64,000 nucleotides of DNA, taken from the IMG/VR virus record IMGVR_UViG_3300033062_002302, one strand, 5' to 3'. Positions 51,024-59,991 of this stretch are shown here, piece after piece. The position numbers were made by a program, and so were the translations under genes. The DNA is from a virus (lineage: Duplodnaviria; Caudoviricetes). A model generated the notes under the pieces. The model had not been told where the DNA came from. It ran no database searches and was given only the letters and a program-made list of their open reading frames with translations. Position 1 is the stretch's first letter. Each line of letters opens with the position of its first letter.

Positions 51024-51712
51024 TTTATGATTTAAGCATCGTTATTCCAGTCTTCAATAATTGGAGCTATACTAAAAATTGCATTAGTAATTTATTGAAA
51101 TTGCCTGAATCATTTGAAATCATTATTGTTGATAATGCCAGCTCTGATTTAACGAAAACCGAACTTTCTAAATTTGAAAGAGTTAAACATATTAGAAATG
51201 AAACTAATTTTGGCTTCGGAAAAGCAGTAAGTCAGGGCGTTCAAGCAGCGCAATCCAATCAGATTATGATTTTAAACAATGACATTAAATTTGGAAATGT
51301 CTTTCAGGATTGGTTTTTATCATTACCTCAAATTATCAAAGATAATAATAAGTTAATTGGACCAACGGCTGGATATGTGGATCCAGAGAATGAATTTAGT
51401 TTTGTTTATGAAACTTCTAATAAAGAAGATAAAATTAATTATATGAGTGGTTGGTGTTTGTCTGCTAATCGAGAGACCTGGGATAAATTAGAGACTGGAG
51501 ATGGTCCTTTTGATAGTAAGACTTTCTTTCTTTATTTTGAAGATACTGATTTATCATTTCGAGCCAAATCTCTTAACATTGATTTTATGCTGATTGATAC
51601 TCCTTTAAAACATATTGGAAAGCAGACTTCTAAGTTATTGAATATTAGCAAACATTATTCTGAATCAAAAGTTAAATTTTTAAATAAATGGAATAATAAG
51701 TATCCATTTTGA
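51020..51712 (+). CDS. Glycosyltransferase, GT2
   Basis: LSIVIPVFN, IIVDNASSD, NFGFGKA, LNND, YFEDTDLSFR; ATG at 51020 overlaps upstream TGA. Confidence 0.9.
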   Translation: MIYDLSIVIPVFNNWSYTKNCISNLLKLPESFEIIIVDNASSDLTKTELSKFERVKHIRNETNFGFGKAVSQGVQAAQSNQIMILNNDIKFGNVFQDWFLSLPQIIKDNNKLIGPTAGYVDPENEFSFVYETSNKEDKINYMSGWCLSANRETWDKLETGDGPFDSKTFFLYFEDTDLSFRAKSLNIDFMLIDTPLKHIGKQTSKLLNISKHYSESKVKFLNKWNNKYPF

Positions 51713-51723
51713 AAGATTATTAA

Positions 51724-52689
51724 ATGTCATTATCAACCAAAATTATTATGTTTGTTCTTGCAGTCCTTCTGTTAATAGGGGGAGGTTTAATTGTTTTCAA
51801 GCAATTTGAGATTGCTCGACGTCAAGAGGCAATTGAAAAAGAAATGGTTGGTCAGAAAGAGTTGGCTGACGGAATTACTCGGGCTCTTGCTCAATATGCA
51901 ACCAAGCAGGACATTAATAATCTCGCTAAAGAAAATAATGTCAACATGAAAGTTATCCAAAATGACTTGGATAAGTTAAATGCTTCAATTATGGCAATCA
52001 ACGTTGTAACCTCGAAGAGTCAAGGGCAAGTTGTTAAAGGAGCTGGGTCAACTAATACGGTTCCTGGGACTGATGTTCCCCCGTTAGCTTTAACTTACCC
52101 AGATCCTTATAAATATCAACAAGATACTCAAGTCATTAAGCTTAATGAAAGCTTTGGAAACGTTAAAGTTCCAATAGGAGAAGTTTCTTTCTCGGCTTGG
52201 AAAGAAAAGCCATGGGATTATAATATTCCACCACGGGAATATAAGATGGTTACGGTTCTAGGAATGGATGAACAACAGCGTCAATATGCTTATAATAAAT
52301 TTACGATCAACGATCAAGAAGTTAAAATAGCCAATAGCACTTTTAAGCAAGAGTACCCGGAAGGAAAATTTAGTTTTTTCAATCCCAGGCTGTACATAGG
52401 AATGGATGCTGGTATAAACTTGAGGAGCGTTCGGGGCGAAGCCGTCCCAAATGTTAGCCTTCAACTAATGAGTTATGGAAAATATAAGAATAATCCCGAT
52501 TTATCCATTCTTCAAGTTGGCGCAGGCTATGGAATTGATGCCAAGCAAGTTTCGGGCTCATTAACGCCAATTATGTATAATGTTGGGCAACATATTCCTT
52601 TAATGAATAATTTATATATTGGACCGTCTGTTCAAGTTAATGCATCGGGAGATGTTGGGATTATGGGAAGCGCTAAGGTGGGGTTATAA
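51724..52689 (+). CDS. Membrane-anchored protein: N-terminal TM, coiled coil, C-terminal amphipathic beta strands
   Basis: IIMFVLAVLLLIGGGLIVF TM; helical Q/K/N-rich segment; Gly-rich alternating strands ending GIMGSAKVGL. Confidence 0.5.
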   Translation: MSLSTKIIMFVLAVLLLIGGGLIVFKQFEIARRQEAIEKEMVGQKELADGITRALAQYATKQDINNLAKENNVNMKVIQNDLDKLNASIMAINVVTSKSQGQVVKGAGSTNTVPGTDVPPLALTYPDPYKYQQDTQVIKLNESFGNVKVPIGEVSFSAWKEKPWDYNIPPREYKMVTVLGMDEQQRQYAYNKFTINDQEVKIANSTFKQEYPEGKFSFFNPRLYIGMDAGINLRSVRGEAVPNVSLQLMSYGKYKNNPDLSILQVGAGYGIDAKQVSGSLTPIMYNVGQHIPLMNNLYIGPSVQVNASGDVGIMGSAKVGL

Positions 52690-53522
52690 TGCTTAAAATA
52701 TTAACTTTAAATTGGAATGGGAAAGAAAAGTTAGAGAAACTTTACCCATCATTAATTAATGCTTTGGATGGTATTGATTATCAATATTTAATAAAAGATA
52801 ACGGCTCGGTTGATGAATCCGTTTCATTTATTAAGAGCCTTAATAATCCTAAGGTTAAAGTAATCGAGTATGGACATAATAGAGATAATTTTGCTCAGGG
52901 ATGTAATCTTTTATTCAAAGAATCAGATCCTAAAGATGATGATTTAATTCTTCTATTAAATAATGATGTCATTTTTAATGATAAAAAATCTATTCATAAT
53001 ATGATGAATATGTTTAAAGATCCAGAGGTTGGTCTCGTTGGCGCTAAATTAAAATTTGTTGGAACAAATCTAATTCAACATGGTGGAGTTGTTTTTAGTA
53101 AGAGCAATGGGCTTCCAATGCATTTTAAAGCTCATCAGCAGGATGATAAGTCAACTCAAAAGCATCGAGAGTTTCAAGCTGTAACAGGGGCTGTTTGGAT
53201 GACTACAGCAAGTCTTTACAATCAAATCTGTCAAACTAATAAATCAGGGCAGAATGGCTTGGATGAAGGTTTCTTTTGGTGTTTTGAAGATATTTCAGCT
53301 GGATTGTCTATAAAATATTCTCTTGGTAAAAAAGTTGTTTATTGCGGAACGACCGATATATTTCATGAAGAAAGCGCGACTCTGAAAAAGAACCCGGCAA
53401 ATAAGTTATTTATGAATCATAATATCAATCATTTTAGAACATTGTGGCGTGATAAATATCTTGTCGATGAAGAAGTCTTTGCTAAGAATGCAAATCATAA
53501 TGTGTATGAGATGGTAAAATGA
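52689..53522 (+). CDS. Glycosyltransferase, GT2 (rhamnosyltransferase-like)
   Basis: LNWNG, DNGSVD, NFAQGCN, LLNNDV, VGAKL, AVTGA, FEDI. Confidence 0.9.
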   Translation: MLKILTLNWNGKEKLEKLYPSLINALDGIDYQYLIKDNGSVDESVSFIKSLNNPKVKVIEYGHNRDNFAQGCNLLFKESDPKDDDLILLLNNDVIFNDKKSIHNMMNMFKDPEVGLVGAKLKFVGTNLIQHGGVVFSKSNGLPMHFKAHQQDDKSTQKHREFQAVTGAVWMTTASLYNQICQTNKSGQNGLDEGFFWCFEDISAGLSIKYSLGKKVVYCGTTDIFHEESATLKKNPANKLFMNHNINHFRTLWRDKYLVDEEVFAKNANHNVYEMVK

Positions 53523-55618
53523 AGAAGATACTTATAACAGGGACAGCGGGATTTATTCTTTCTAATTTTGTTAGAAAGGCGATTCATGACCAAATCCAAT
53601 CTGGAACTCACAATTATAAATTCGTTAGTATTGACAAGATGGCTAAGACATCTGTTTTAGGTAATATTTATCAAAATAAGAATCATCAGTTTTATATTGG
53701 TGACATTTGCGATTCTCATTTTTTAGATGTCATATTTGAATATGAGCGCCCTGATATTGTTCTTCATGGGGCAGCCGAGAGTCATGTTGATGATTCTCTT
53801 AAAGATACTGTTAAGTTCATTCAAAATAATGTTGTTGGGACTCAAACTTTGGTCAACGCTGCCGTTAAATGGGGCGTGGAGAAGTTTGTTCATATCTCAT
53901 GTTATGATGAACAAACGAAAGCGGTAACTAAAAGCGGAATAAAATCTTATCAAGAATTAAAAGAAGGGGACTTAGTTCTTTCAATTAATCCTGAAACGAA
54001 AGAAATTGAAGAAAAAGAAATTGAAAAAATAATAGTTCAAGATTATTCTGGCGATATGTATCATTTTAAATCTAATAGAGTCGATTTTTTAACTACGCCA
54101 AATCATAGATACATTTATGAACAAAATAATAAATTACATTGGACGACTTCAGAAGAAATGTCAGATGTCAAAGGAAAAAGCTATTTGCCAAAAGGCTCTA
54201 TTAATAGAGCATATAAAAAATATATAAATATCCCAGGTTTAGGGAAAGTAGACTCTAATGCTTTATTTTATGTTTGTGGCGCTTTTATTGGCGATGGTTT
54301 TACTGCTTATCAAGAAAAAATACGTGAAAATAAAAGTGGATATACTAGAGCTGATTTTATAAAAAAATGTCGGGATCCTAAAACTGGAAGAATTATATCA
54401 TCAAAAAATACAGATCCAAATGCCCCTAAATTTATAGTTACGCATAACTATCGTATTTTTTTTGATGTTCCAGAAAATGATAAATGCAGAGTTAAATTAG
54501 AAAAGGCTTTGACTAAATTAAAAATTAATTTTCATGCTGAAAAAAATAAATCTGGCGAACACATTTATTTTTCTTCAGAGAAATGGCTTAAATTCTTTGA
54601 TACTTTTGGGAAATATGCTGAAAATAAATTTATTCCAGAATGGATGTTTGATTATGGATATGATAATTTATTTAATTTATTAATGGGAATCCATGATTCT
54701 GATGGGCATGGTTATAATATTAGAGGTAAAGGCGCTTTGACAACATGCTCTCTCAAGTTAAGAGATCAGTATTGTTACTTGGCAACAATGTTAGGATTTC
54801 ATGCAAGATTTAATGAGCAAGGGCATAATCCAAACGCTTCTATCAATGGAAGAATTATTCATCAAAATTTTAAGGCTTGGCAAATTCATTTTTCTAATAA
54901 ACTTAGCCCATTATTTCCTAAAGCAAATATAATTAATTATAATGGTAAAATATGGTGTTTAAAAGTTAAAGATAATAAAAATTTTCTTGTTATTAGAAAT
55001 GGAATTAGCGCTTTTTCAGGAAATACGGACGAGTCATACGGTCAATTGAAAAGCGATTCTGAGCCATCCTGGACCGAGGAATCCCCGATCAATCCACGAA
55101 ACCCATATGCTGCTAGTAAAGCGGCAAGTGAATTGGTTGTTCAGGCAGCTGGGACTTCCTTTGGATTGAATTACAACATTACTCGTTCTTCTAATAATTA
55201 TGGTCCAAGGCAAACGGCAGAAAAGCTTTTGCCGAAAACAATTAAAAGCATTTTGAATAATCAAAAGATTCCGGTTTATGGGCAAGGGCTTCAAATTCGA
55301 GATTGGACCTATGTTACAGATAACTGTGCTGGATTAATGAAGGTTATTACAGATGGAAAGCCAAACGAAATATATAACATTTCGGCAAATCAAGAATGTA
55401 CTAATATTGAAATAATTCAAAAGATTTGCAATATTATGGGACGAGGTCATGATTTAATCGATTTTATTAAAGATCCAAGAGGCAATGCGCATGATTTTAG
55501 ATATTCAATTGACGCTTCTAAATTAAAGAAGCTTGGTTGGGCTCCGGAGATAAAGCTTCCGGAAGGATTGGAAATGTGTGTCAATTGGTATAATAATAAT
55601 CAATACTATTTAAAATAA
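53519..55618 (+). CDS. rfbB: dTDP-glucose 4,6-dehydratase (RmlB/RfbB-like), intein-containing
   Basis: ITGTAGFI, HGAAESHVD, HIS|TDE, PYAASKA, SNNYGP, RDWTYV, HDFRY; extein is 324 aa after intein removal. Confidence 0.88.
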   Translation: MKKILITGTAGFILSNFVRKAIHDQIQSGTHNYKFVSIDKMAKTSVLGNIYQNKNHQFYIGDICDSHFLDVIFEYERPDIVLHGAAESHVDDSLKDTVKFIQNNVVGTQTLVNAAVKWGVEKFVHISCYDEQTKAVTKSGIKSYQELKEGDLVLSINPETKEIEEKEIEKIIVQDYSGDMYHFKSNRVDFLTTPNHRYIYEQNNKLHWTTSEEMSDVKGKSYLPKGSINRAYKKYINIPGLGKVDSNALFYVCGAFIGDGFTAYQEKIRENKSGYTRADFIKKCRDPKTGRIISSKNTDPNAPKFIVTHNYRIFFDVPENDKCRVKLEKALTKLKINFHAEKNKSGEHIYFSSEKWLKFFDTFGKYAENKFIPEWMFDYGYDNLFNLLMGIHDSDGHGYNIRGKGALTTCSLKLRDQYCYLATMLGFHARFNEQGHNPNASINGRIIHQNFKAWQIHFSNKLSPLFPKANIINYNGKIWCLKVKDNKNFLVIRNGISAFSGNTDESYGQLKSDSEPSWTEESPINPRNPYAASKAASELVVQAAGTSFGLNYNITRSSNNYGPRQTAEKLLPKTIKSILNNQKIPVYGQGLQIRDWTYVTDNCAGLMKVITDGKPNEIYNISANQECTNIEIIQKICNIMGRGHDLIDFIKDPRGNAHDFRYSIDASKLKKLGWAPEIKLPEGLEMCVNWYNNNQYYLK
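53900..55024 (+). mobile_element. Intein with LAGLIDADG homing endonuclease (375 aa)
   Basis: Starts CYDEQT, block B TTPNHR, LAGLIDADG-like YVCGAFIGDG and LLMGIHDSDG, ends NFLVIRNGISAFSGN followed by Thr. Confidence 0.92.
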
Positions 55619-55644
55619 TGATATATGAAGATTAAGGATAAAAG

Positions 55645-56976
55645 ATGACGGCAAAATCAACAACAGAAATGGGCGTTCCAGAAGAAATCATTGATGATTT
55701 AGATGATGGCAAATTAGCCGCCCTTAAAGCAAAAAATCAAAACAAACAAAATATGGAACAAAAAATGGCTGCAAAAATCGTTGCGAAAAAAGATAGAAGT
55801 CTTGTCCTAGGGGTCCTAGGCTCCGGGCAAGCAGGTGGTAATTTAGCTCAAGCTTTATATTCATTAGGCTATGAAGCAGTTGTCGTTAACACTGCCATGC
55901 AGGACCTTAAATTCATTAATGTTCCAGATTCTAATAAACTTTTTCTCCAGCATGGATTAGGCGGCGCTGCTAAAGAACTAGAAATAGGTCGAGATGCCGC
56001 AGAATCTCATCGAGAAGAGATTAAGCAATTGGTTGATGATAAGCTCTCTGAGAGCCAAGTCAATGTTCTATGCCTATCTTTAGGCGGTGGTTCAGGCGCA
56101 GGTTCTTGCGAGACAATGGTAGATATTCTAGCAGAAACTGGAAAGCCTTTGGTTGTTATTACCGTTCTTCCAATGGATACGGAAGACTCTCAGACGAAGA
56201 GCAACGCATTAGAAACGCTTTCAAAGCTAGCATCTTTAACTAAAAGCAAAAAGGTTTCTAATCTTATTTGCGTTGACAATGCTAAGATTGAAGCTATCTA
56301 TCATAATGTTAGTCAGATGGATTTTTATGATATTGCCAATAAAGCAATCGTTGGACCGATTGATATTTTCAATACCTTGTCTGCCGCTCCGTCTAGTGTT
56401 AAGCCATTAGACTCTTCAGAATTCGCTAAGTTGTTTATTGATGGGGATGGTTTATCTGTCTACGGAGAGATGACTATTTCTAATTATAAAGAAGATACGG
56501 CGATTGCAGAAGCCGTGATTGATAATCTTAATTCAAATCTCTTAGCAAGCGGATTCGATCTCAAGCAGTCCAAGTATGTTGGAGTCATTATTACTGCAAA
56601 TGCTAATGTTTGGAAAGATATTCCAAGCTCTAGCGTCAATTATGCTATGAGTATAATTAATGACCAATGTGGAAATCCCAAGGGAGTTTTCAAGGGAGTC
56701 TATACGGTTGATAGTCCAGAGAACGTTGTTAAGGTTTATTCATTCTTTACTGGAATGGGACTTCCAGTTTCTCGGGTTGAGCAGTTAAAAGAAGAGACGA
56801 AAGATCTTCAGCAACGGTCCAAGGTTAAAGATGATGGTCGAAATTTGACCTTGTCATTGGATACTGGGACGAATGAAACGGTTTCAGCGGTTCAGAAGAT
56901 TAAGGATAAGATTGCGACGAAGTCCTCAGCATTCGGCAAATTGACGAAGAATGTTGTTGTTGATCGACGTAAGTAA
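55645..56976 (+). CDS. Tubulin/FtsZ-family GTPase (PhuZ/TubZ-like)
   Basis: GSGQAGGNL, VNTA, GLGGAAK, LGGGSGAG signature, VDN. Confidence 0.88.
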   Translation: MTAKSTTEMGVPEEIIDDLDDGKLAALKAKNQNKQNMEQKMAAKIVAKKDRSLVLGVLGSGQAGGNLAQALYSLGYEAVVVNTAMQDLKFINVPDSNKLFLQHGLGGAAKELEIGRDAAESHREEIKQLVDDKLSESQVNVLCLSLGGGSGAGSCETMVDILAETGKPLVVITVLPMDTEDSQTKSNALETLSKLASLTKSKKVSNLICVDNAKIEAIYHNVSQMDFYDIANKAIVGPIDIFNTLSAAPSSVKPLDSSEFAKLFIDGDGLSVYGEMTISNYKEDTAIAEAVIDNLNSNLLASGFDLKQSKYVGVIITANANVWKDIPSSSVNYAMSIINDQCGNPKGVFKGVYTVDSPENVVKVYSFFTGMGLPVSRVEQLKEETKDLQQRSKVKDDGRNLTLSLDTGTNETVSAVQKIKDKIATKSSAFGKLTKNVVVDRRK

Positions 56977-56999
56977 TTAAAGAATAAAGATAATGAATG

Positions 57000-57025
57000 G
57001 GCAGGAGGATTAACTTTCTCCTGCC
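57000..57025 (+). terminator. GC-rich hairpin after tubulin gene, probable terminator
   Basis: GGCAGGAG / CTCCTGCC perfect 8 bp stem, 10 nt loop, with outer AATGAAT / ATTCATT arms. Confidence 0.55.
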
Positions 57026-57050
57026 TTAATTCATTTGATATATTTGATGT

Positions 57051-58964
57051 ATGCCTCCTACGCCTCCCAAATCAAAGCTAACCACTCCAGAATTTATAAA
57101 AAAATGTCAAGAGTATCATGGAGATAAGTTCGATTATTCAGAAGCGGTTTATGTTAATCAGACAACCAAGTTTAAAGCAGTTTGTCATAAACATGGGTCT
57201 TTTGAGGTTACTCCTACTTCTCATTTAAAAAGTGAATTTGGCGGATGCCTTTCTTGTTTAAAGAAGAACTCTAATGAGTCTCTTTGGTTAGATGATTTAA
57301 AAGTTAAGGCTAGAAATGTATTATTAAATCAAATATTTGTTGATGGTTTTGATCAAGAAACAAATACAGTTTATTTATATGGATCAATACCTCAATCAAA
57401 ATTAGATTCATTATCTCAATATAATATCGCTTTAATTTCCGAACAAGAATTTTTGGATACTTATAAGCCGAAGACAAAGATAAGTATATTAAATAATAAA
57501 TACGCTCAAATTACTATTGATCCTAAATTATTTAATAAGCTAAGGACGTTTCTCTCTTATAAAACTGAGGGGATTGAATTTACCCCTGCTTTTAGAAATG
57601 GTTGGAATGGAATTACTTATTTGTTAGATAAGAATGGTAACTTTTTGCTGGGTCTTTTAGATAAAGTAAAAGAATTCTTAAATAATAATGAAATTGAATT
57701 CTCTATTGTTGATAATAGAAAAGAAATTGTTTCATATCCACCAATTGATTTAAGCAAAAGACTAGAAGAGCTTGGGATGGTTCCAAGAGATTATCAGGAG
57801 CGAATTGTTCAAGCTGCAATAAATTCTAGGAAAGGAATTATTAGAGCTTGCACTGGATCAGGCAAGTCGGTTTGTACTGCATTGGTAGCTGCTCACTTTA
57901 ATAAACCAACAATTATCTATGTCATTGGGCTAGATCTACTCCAACAATTTCACGATTTGTATAGCAAGCTTTTTGATGAGCCGATTGGCTTCATTGGGAA
58001 CGGGCGCTGCGAAATTCACAGAATTAACATAGCGAGCATCTGGACCATTGCAGCGGCGCTCCGAGACAAGAGCACCAAGAAAGCAACTCCTGTTACTTTA
58101 GATGATGATGAGCTTCAAAAAGAAATAGCTCCTTCTGAAATACAATCTCAAAACATTATTAAGATGTTAAAAGAAACTAAATTAAATATTTTCGATGAGT
58201 CACATGTCTGTACAACTAATACAATTGCGGCTATATTAAAGAAAATAGATCCTGAAAACATATATGGTTTTTCAGGAACTCCATTTCGAGATGATGGCGC
58301 AGATTTTTTAATTAATGGCATTTTGGGCGAGCAAATTGTTAATGTTTCCGCATCCGAATTAATTGAGAAAGGTTTCTTGGCGCAGCCGCTGATTAAATTC
58401 ACAAGAGTTCCGAAGACCTATATAGGAAGCGGAGGAGACACCTACCCAACCGTTTATAAAGAATACATCGTTCAAAACGAAATTAGAAATAAAATCATAT
58501 TTAACGAGGTCAAATCTCTTCTGTCTAAAAACTATCAAACATTAGTTCTTTTTAAAAATCTTGCTCATGGAAAGATCTTGAAAGAGATGTTTGAAGATTC
58601 AAATATCCCATTTGAATATCTATCTGGTAAAGATTCATTAAAAGATAGAAGTGAAGCGAAAGATAATTTAATTAATAAAAGATCTAACTTAATTTTGGCT
58701 AGCACTGTTTTGGATATTGGCGTTGACATTCCAACTCTTTCTGCGCTTGTTTTAGCTGGTGGTGGGAAAAGCAGCATTAGAACCCTTCAAAGAATAGGGC
58801 GAGTTATTCGAAAATTTCCAGGCAAGAAATTTGCAGCCATCGTTGATTTTTTTGATGATGTCAGGTTTCTAAAAAAACATTCAAAAAAGCGGCATCGGAT
58901 ATATTCATCTGAAACCGGCTTTAAACTTTTAATTCCAAATGATTTGAAACGAGAACTTTCATGA
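57051..58964 (+). CDS. Superfamily 2 DNA helicase (UvsW-like) with N-terminal Zn-binding domain
   Basis: RDYQ, ACTGSGKS, DESH, SGTP, GVDIP, QRIGRVIR. Confidence 0.88.
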   Translation: MPPTPPKSKLTTPEFIKKCQEYHGDKFDYSEAVYVNQTTKFKAVCHKHGSFEVTPTSHLKSEFGGCLSCLKKNSNESLWLDDLKVKARNVLLNQIFVDGFDQETNTVYLYGSIPQSKLDSLSQYNIALISEQEFLDTYKPKTKISILNNKYAQITIDPKLFNKLRTFLSYKTEGIEFTPAFRNGWNGITYLLDKNGNFLLGLLDKVKEFLNNNEIEFSIVDNRKEIVSYPPIDLSKRLEELGMVPRDYQERIVQAAINSRKGIIRACTGSGKSVCTALVAAHFNKPTIIYVIGLDLLQQFHDLYSKLFDEPIGFIGNGRCEIHRINIASIWTIAAALRDKSTKKATPVTLDDDELQKEIAPSEIQSQNIIKMLKETKLNIFDESHVCTTNTIAAILKKIDPENIYGFSGTPFRDDGADFLINGILGEQIVNVSASELIEKGFLAQPLIKFTRVPKTYIGSGGDTYPTVYKEYIVQNEIRNKIIFNEVKSLLSKNYQTLVLFKNLAHGKILKEMFEDSNIPFEYLSGKDSLKDRSEAKDNLINKRSNLILASTVLDIGVDIPTLSALVLAGGGKSSIRTLQRIGRVIRKFPGKKFAAIVDFFDDVRFLKKHSKKRHRIYSSETGFKLLIPNDLKRELS

Positions 58965-59572
58965 TTGACAATGAGTTTGGTTCATTTAATGAACCACTTA
59001 ATGATAAGTATAAAAAATTCTTTGATAAATTCAAAGAAATTGAAACTACTCCAACGGTTGATTGGAAGCCGGTTCACCTTATCGCTTACTTTGCGAAAAA
59101 GTATTTTGACTTTTATCAAGTCAAATACCAATTCAAGTTCAATACTCCAAGCCCCGCGAAATCCTTTGAAATCTTTCAAATTAAACGTCTTGCTCTTCGC
59201 TTAACCTCAGACCCAACCATCCTTCGTCAATACATAGACTGGGCATTTAAAACGAAAGCGGAAACAAGTAAGAGAAGGTTAACCTCGATTTCCTTTATGA
59301 CTTCGGAAGAGCTTCTCAATAACTATAAGTTTAATGTTCTTCTTCCTTCTAATGAGACAACATTAACTAAATTGGAGCGAGGAACTTCTCTTCCGCCCAA
59401 TATCAAATCTCATTTTTGTAATATTAATTACATTAATACTTATGGAGATTTAGCTTTTATTCATAAGTCAATGGATAAAAACGCCGAAGATATGAGTCCT
59501 GAATTAACTATGGCATTAAGCAATCTTAAGAATTCAGGTTTTGATTTTAACATTTTAAGCAGGATTACATGA
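58961..59572 (+). CDS. Hypothetical protein in replication block
   Basis: 203 aa, ATGA-coupled to both neighbours. Confidence 0.6.
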   Translation: MIDNEFGSFNEPLNDKYKKFFDKFKEIETTPTVDWKPVHLIAYFAKKYFDFYQVKYQFKFNTPSPAKSFEIFQIKRLALRLTSDPTILRQYIDWAFKTKAETSKRRLTSISFMTSEELLNNYKFNVLLPSNETTLTKLERGTSLPPNIKSHFCNINYINTYGDLAFIHKSMDKNAEDMSPELTMALSNLKNSGFDFNILSRIT

Positions 59573-59991
59573 ACCCAGAAAAAAATCAATATGTTATCAT
59601 TATATTTAAAAATGGTCTTCAATCGGAAGGATATGTTGAATCTTGGTCTGATAAAAAATCAGTTTTAAAATCAATTGATAGTTTAACTTATTTCGTTATT
59701 CAGAATACAGACCAAGATGTTATGGCATTTAAAATCTTGTTAAATCCAAGCATTCTAAAACCTCAAAAACAATTGCAGGAAGAGTTGAAAGAGATTAAGT
59801 CTTCTTTTAATGAAGAGGTAAAAAAGCCCAGTCAGAATATTGAAGATAATCTCAGAATGAAAAATCTGGCTCAGCTTAAACAAGCAATGATTGAGCAAGA
59901 GAAAAAAATAGAGCAAGCAAAATTAAGGGAGCACAACTTTTGCGGGCTTCCAAATAAAGGAAATTATGAACACGGACTTTTCAAGAAGTAG
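59569..59991 (+). CDS. Hypothetical protein, N-terminal Sm/Hfq-like fold plus coiled coil
   Basis: VIIIFKNGLQSEGYVESWSDKKSVLK resembles the Sm1 motif. Confidence 0.4.
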   Translation: MNPEKNQYVIIIFKNGLQSEGYVESWSDKKSVLKSIDSLTYFVIQNTDQDVMAFKILLNPSILKPQKQLQEELKEIKSSFNEEVKKPSQNIEDNLRMKNLAQLKQAMIEQEKKIEQAKLREHNFCGLPNKGNYEHGLFKK

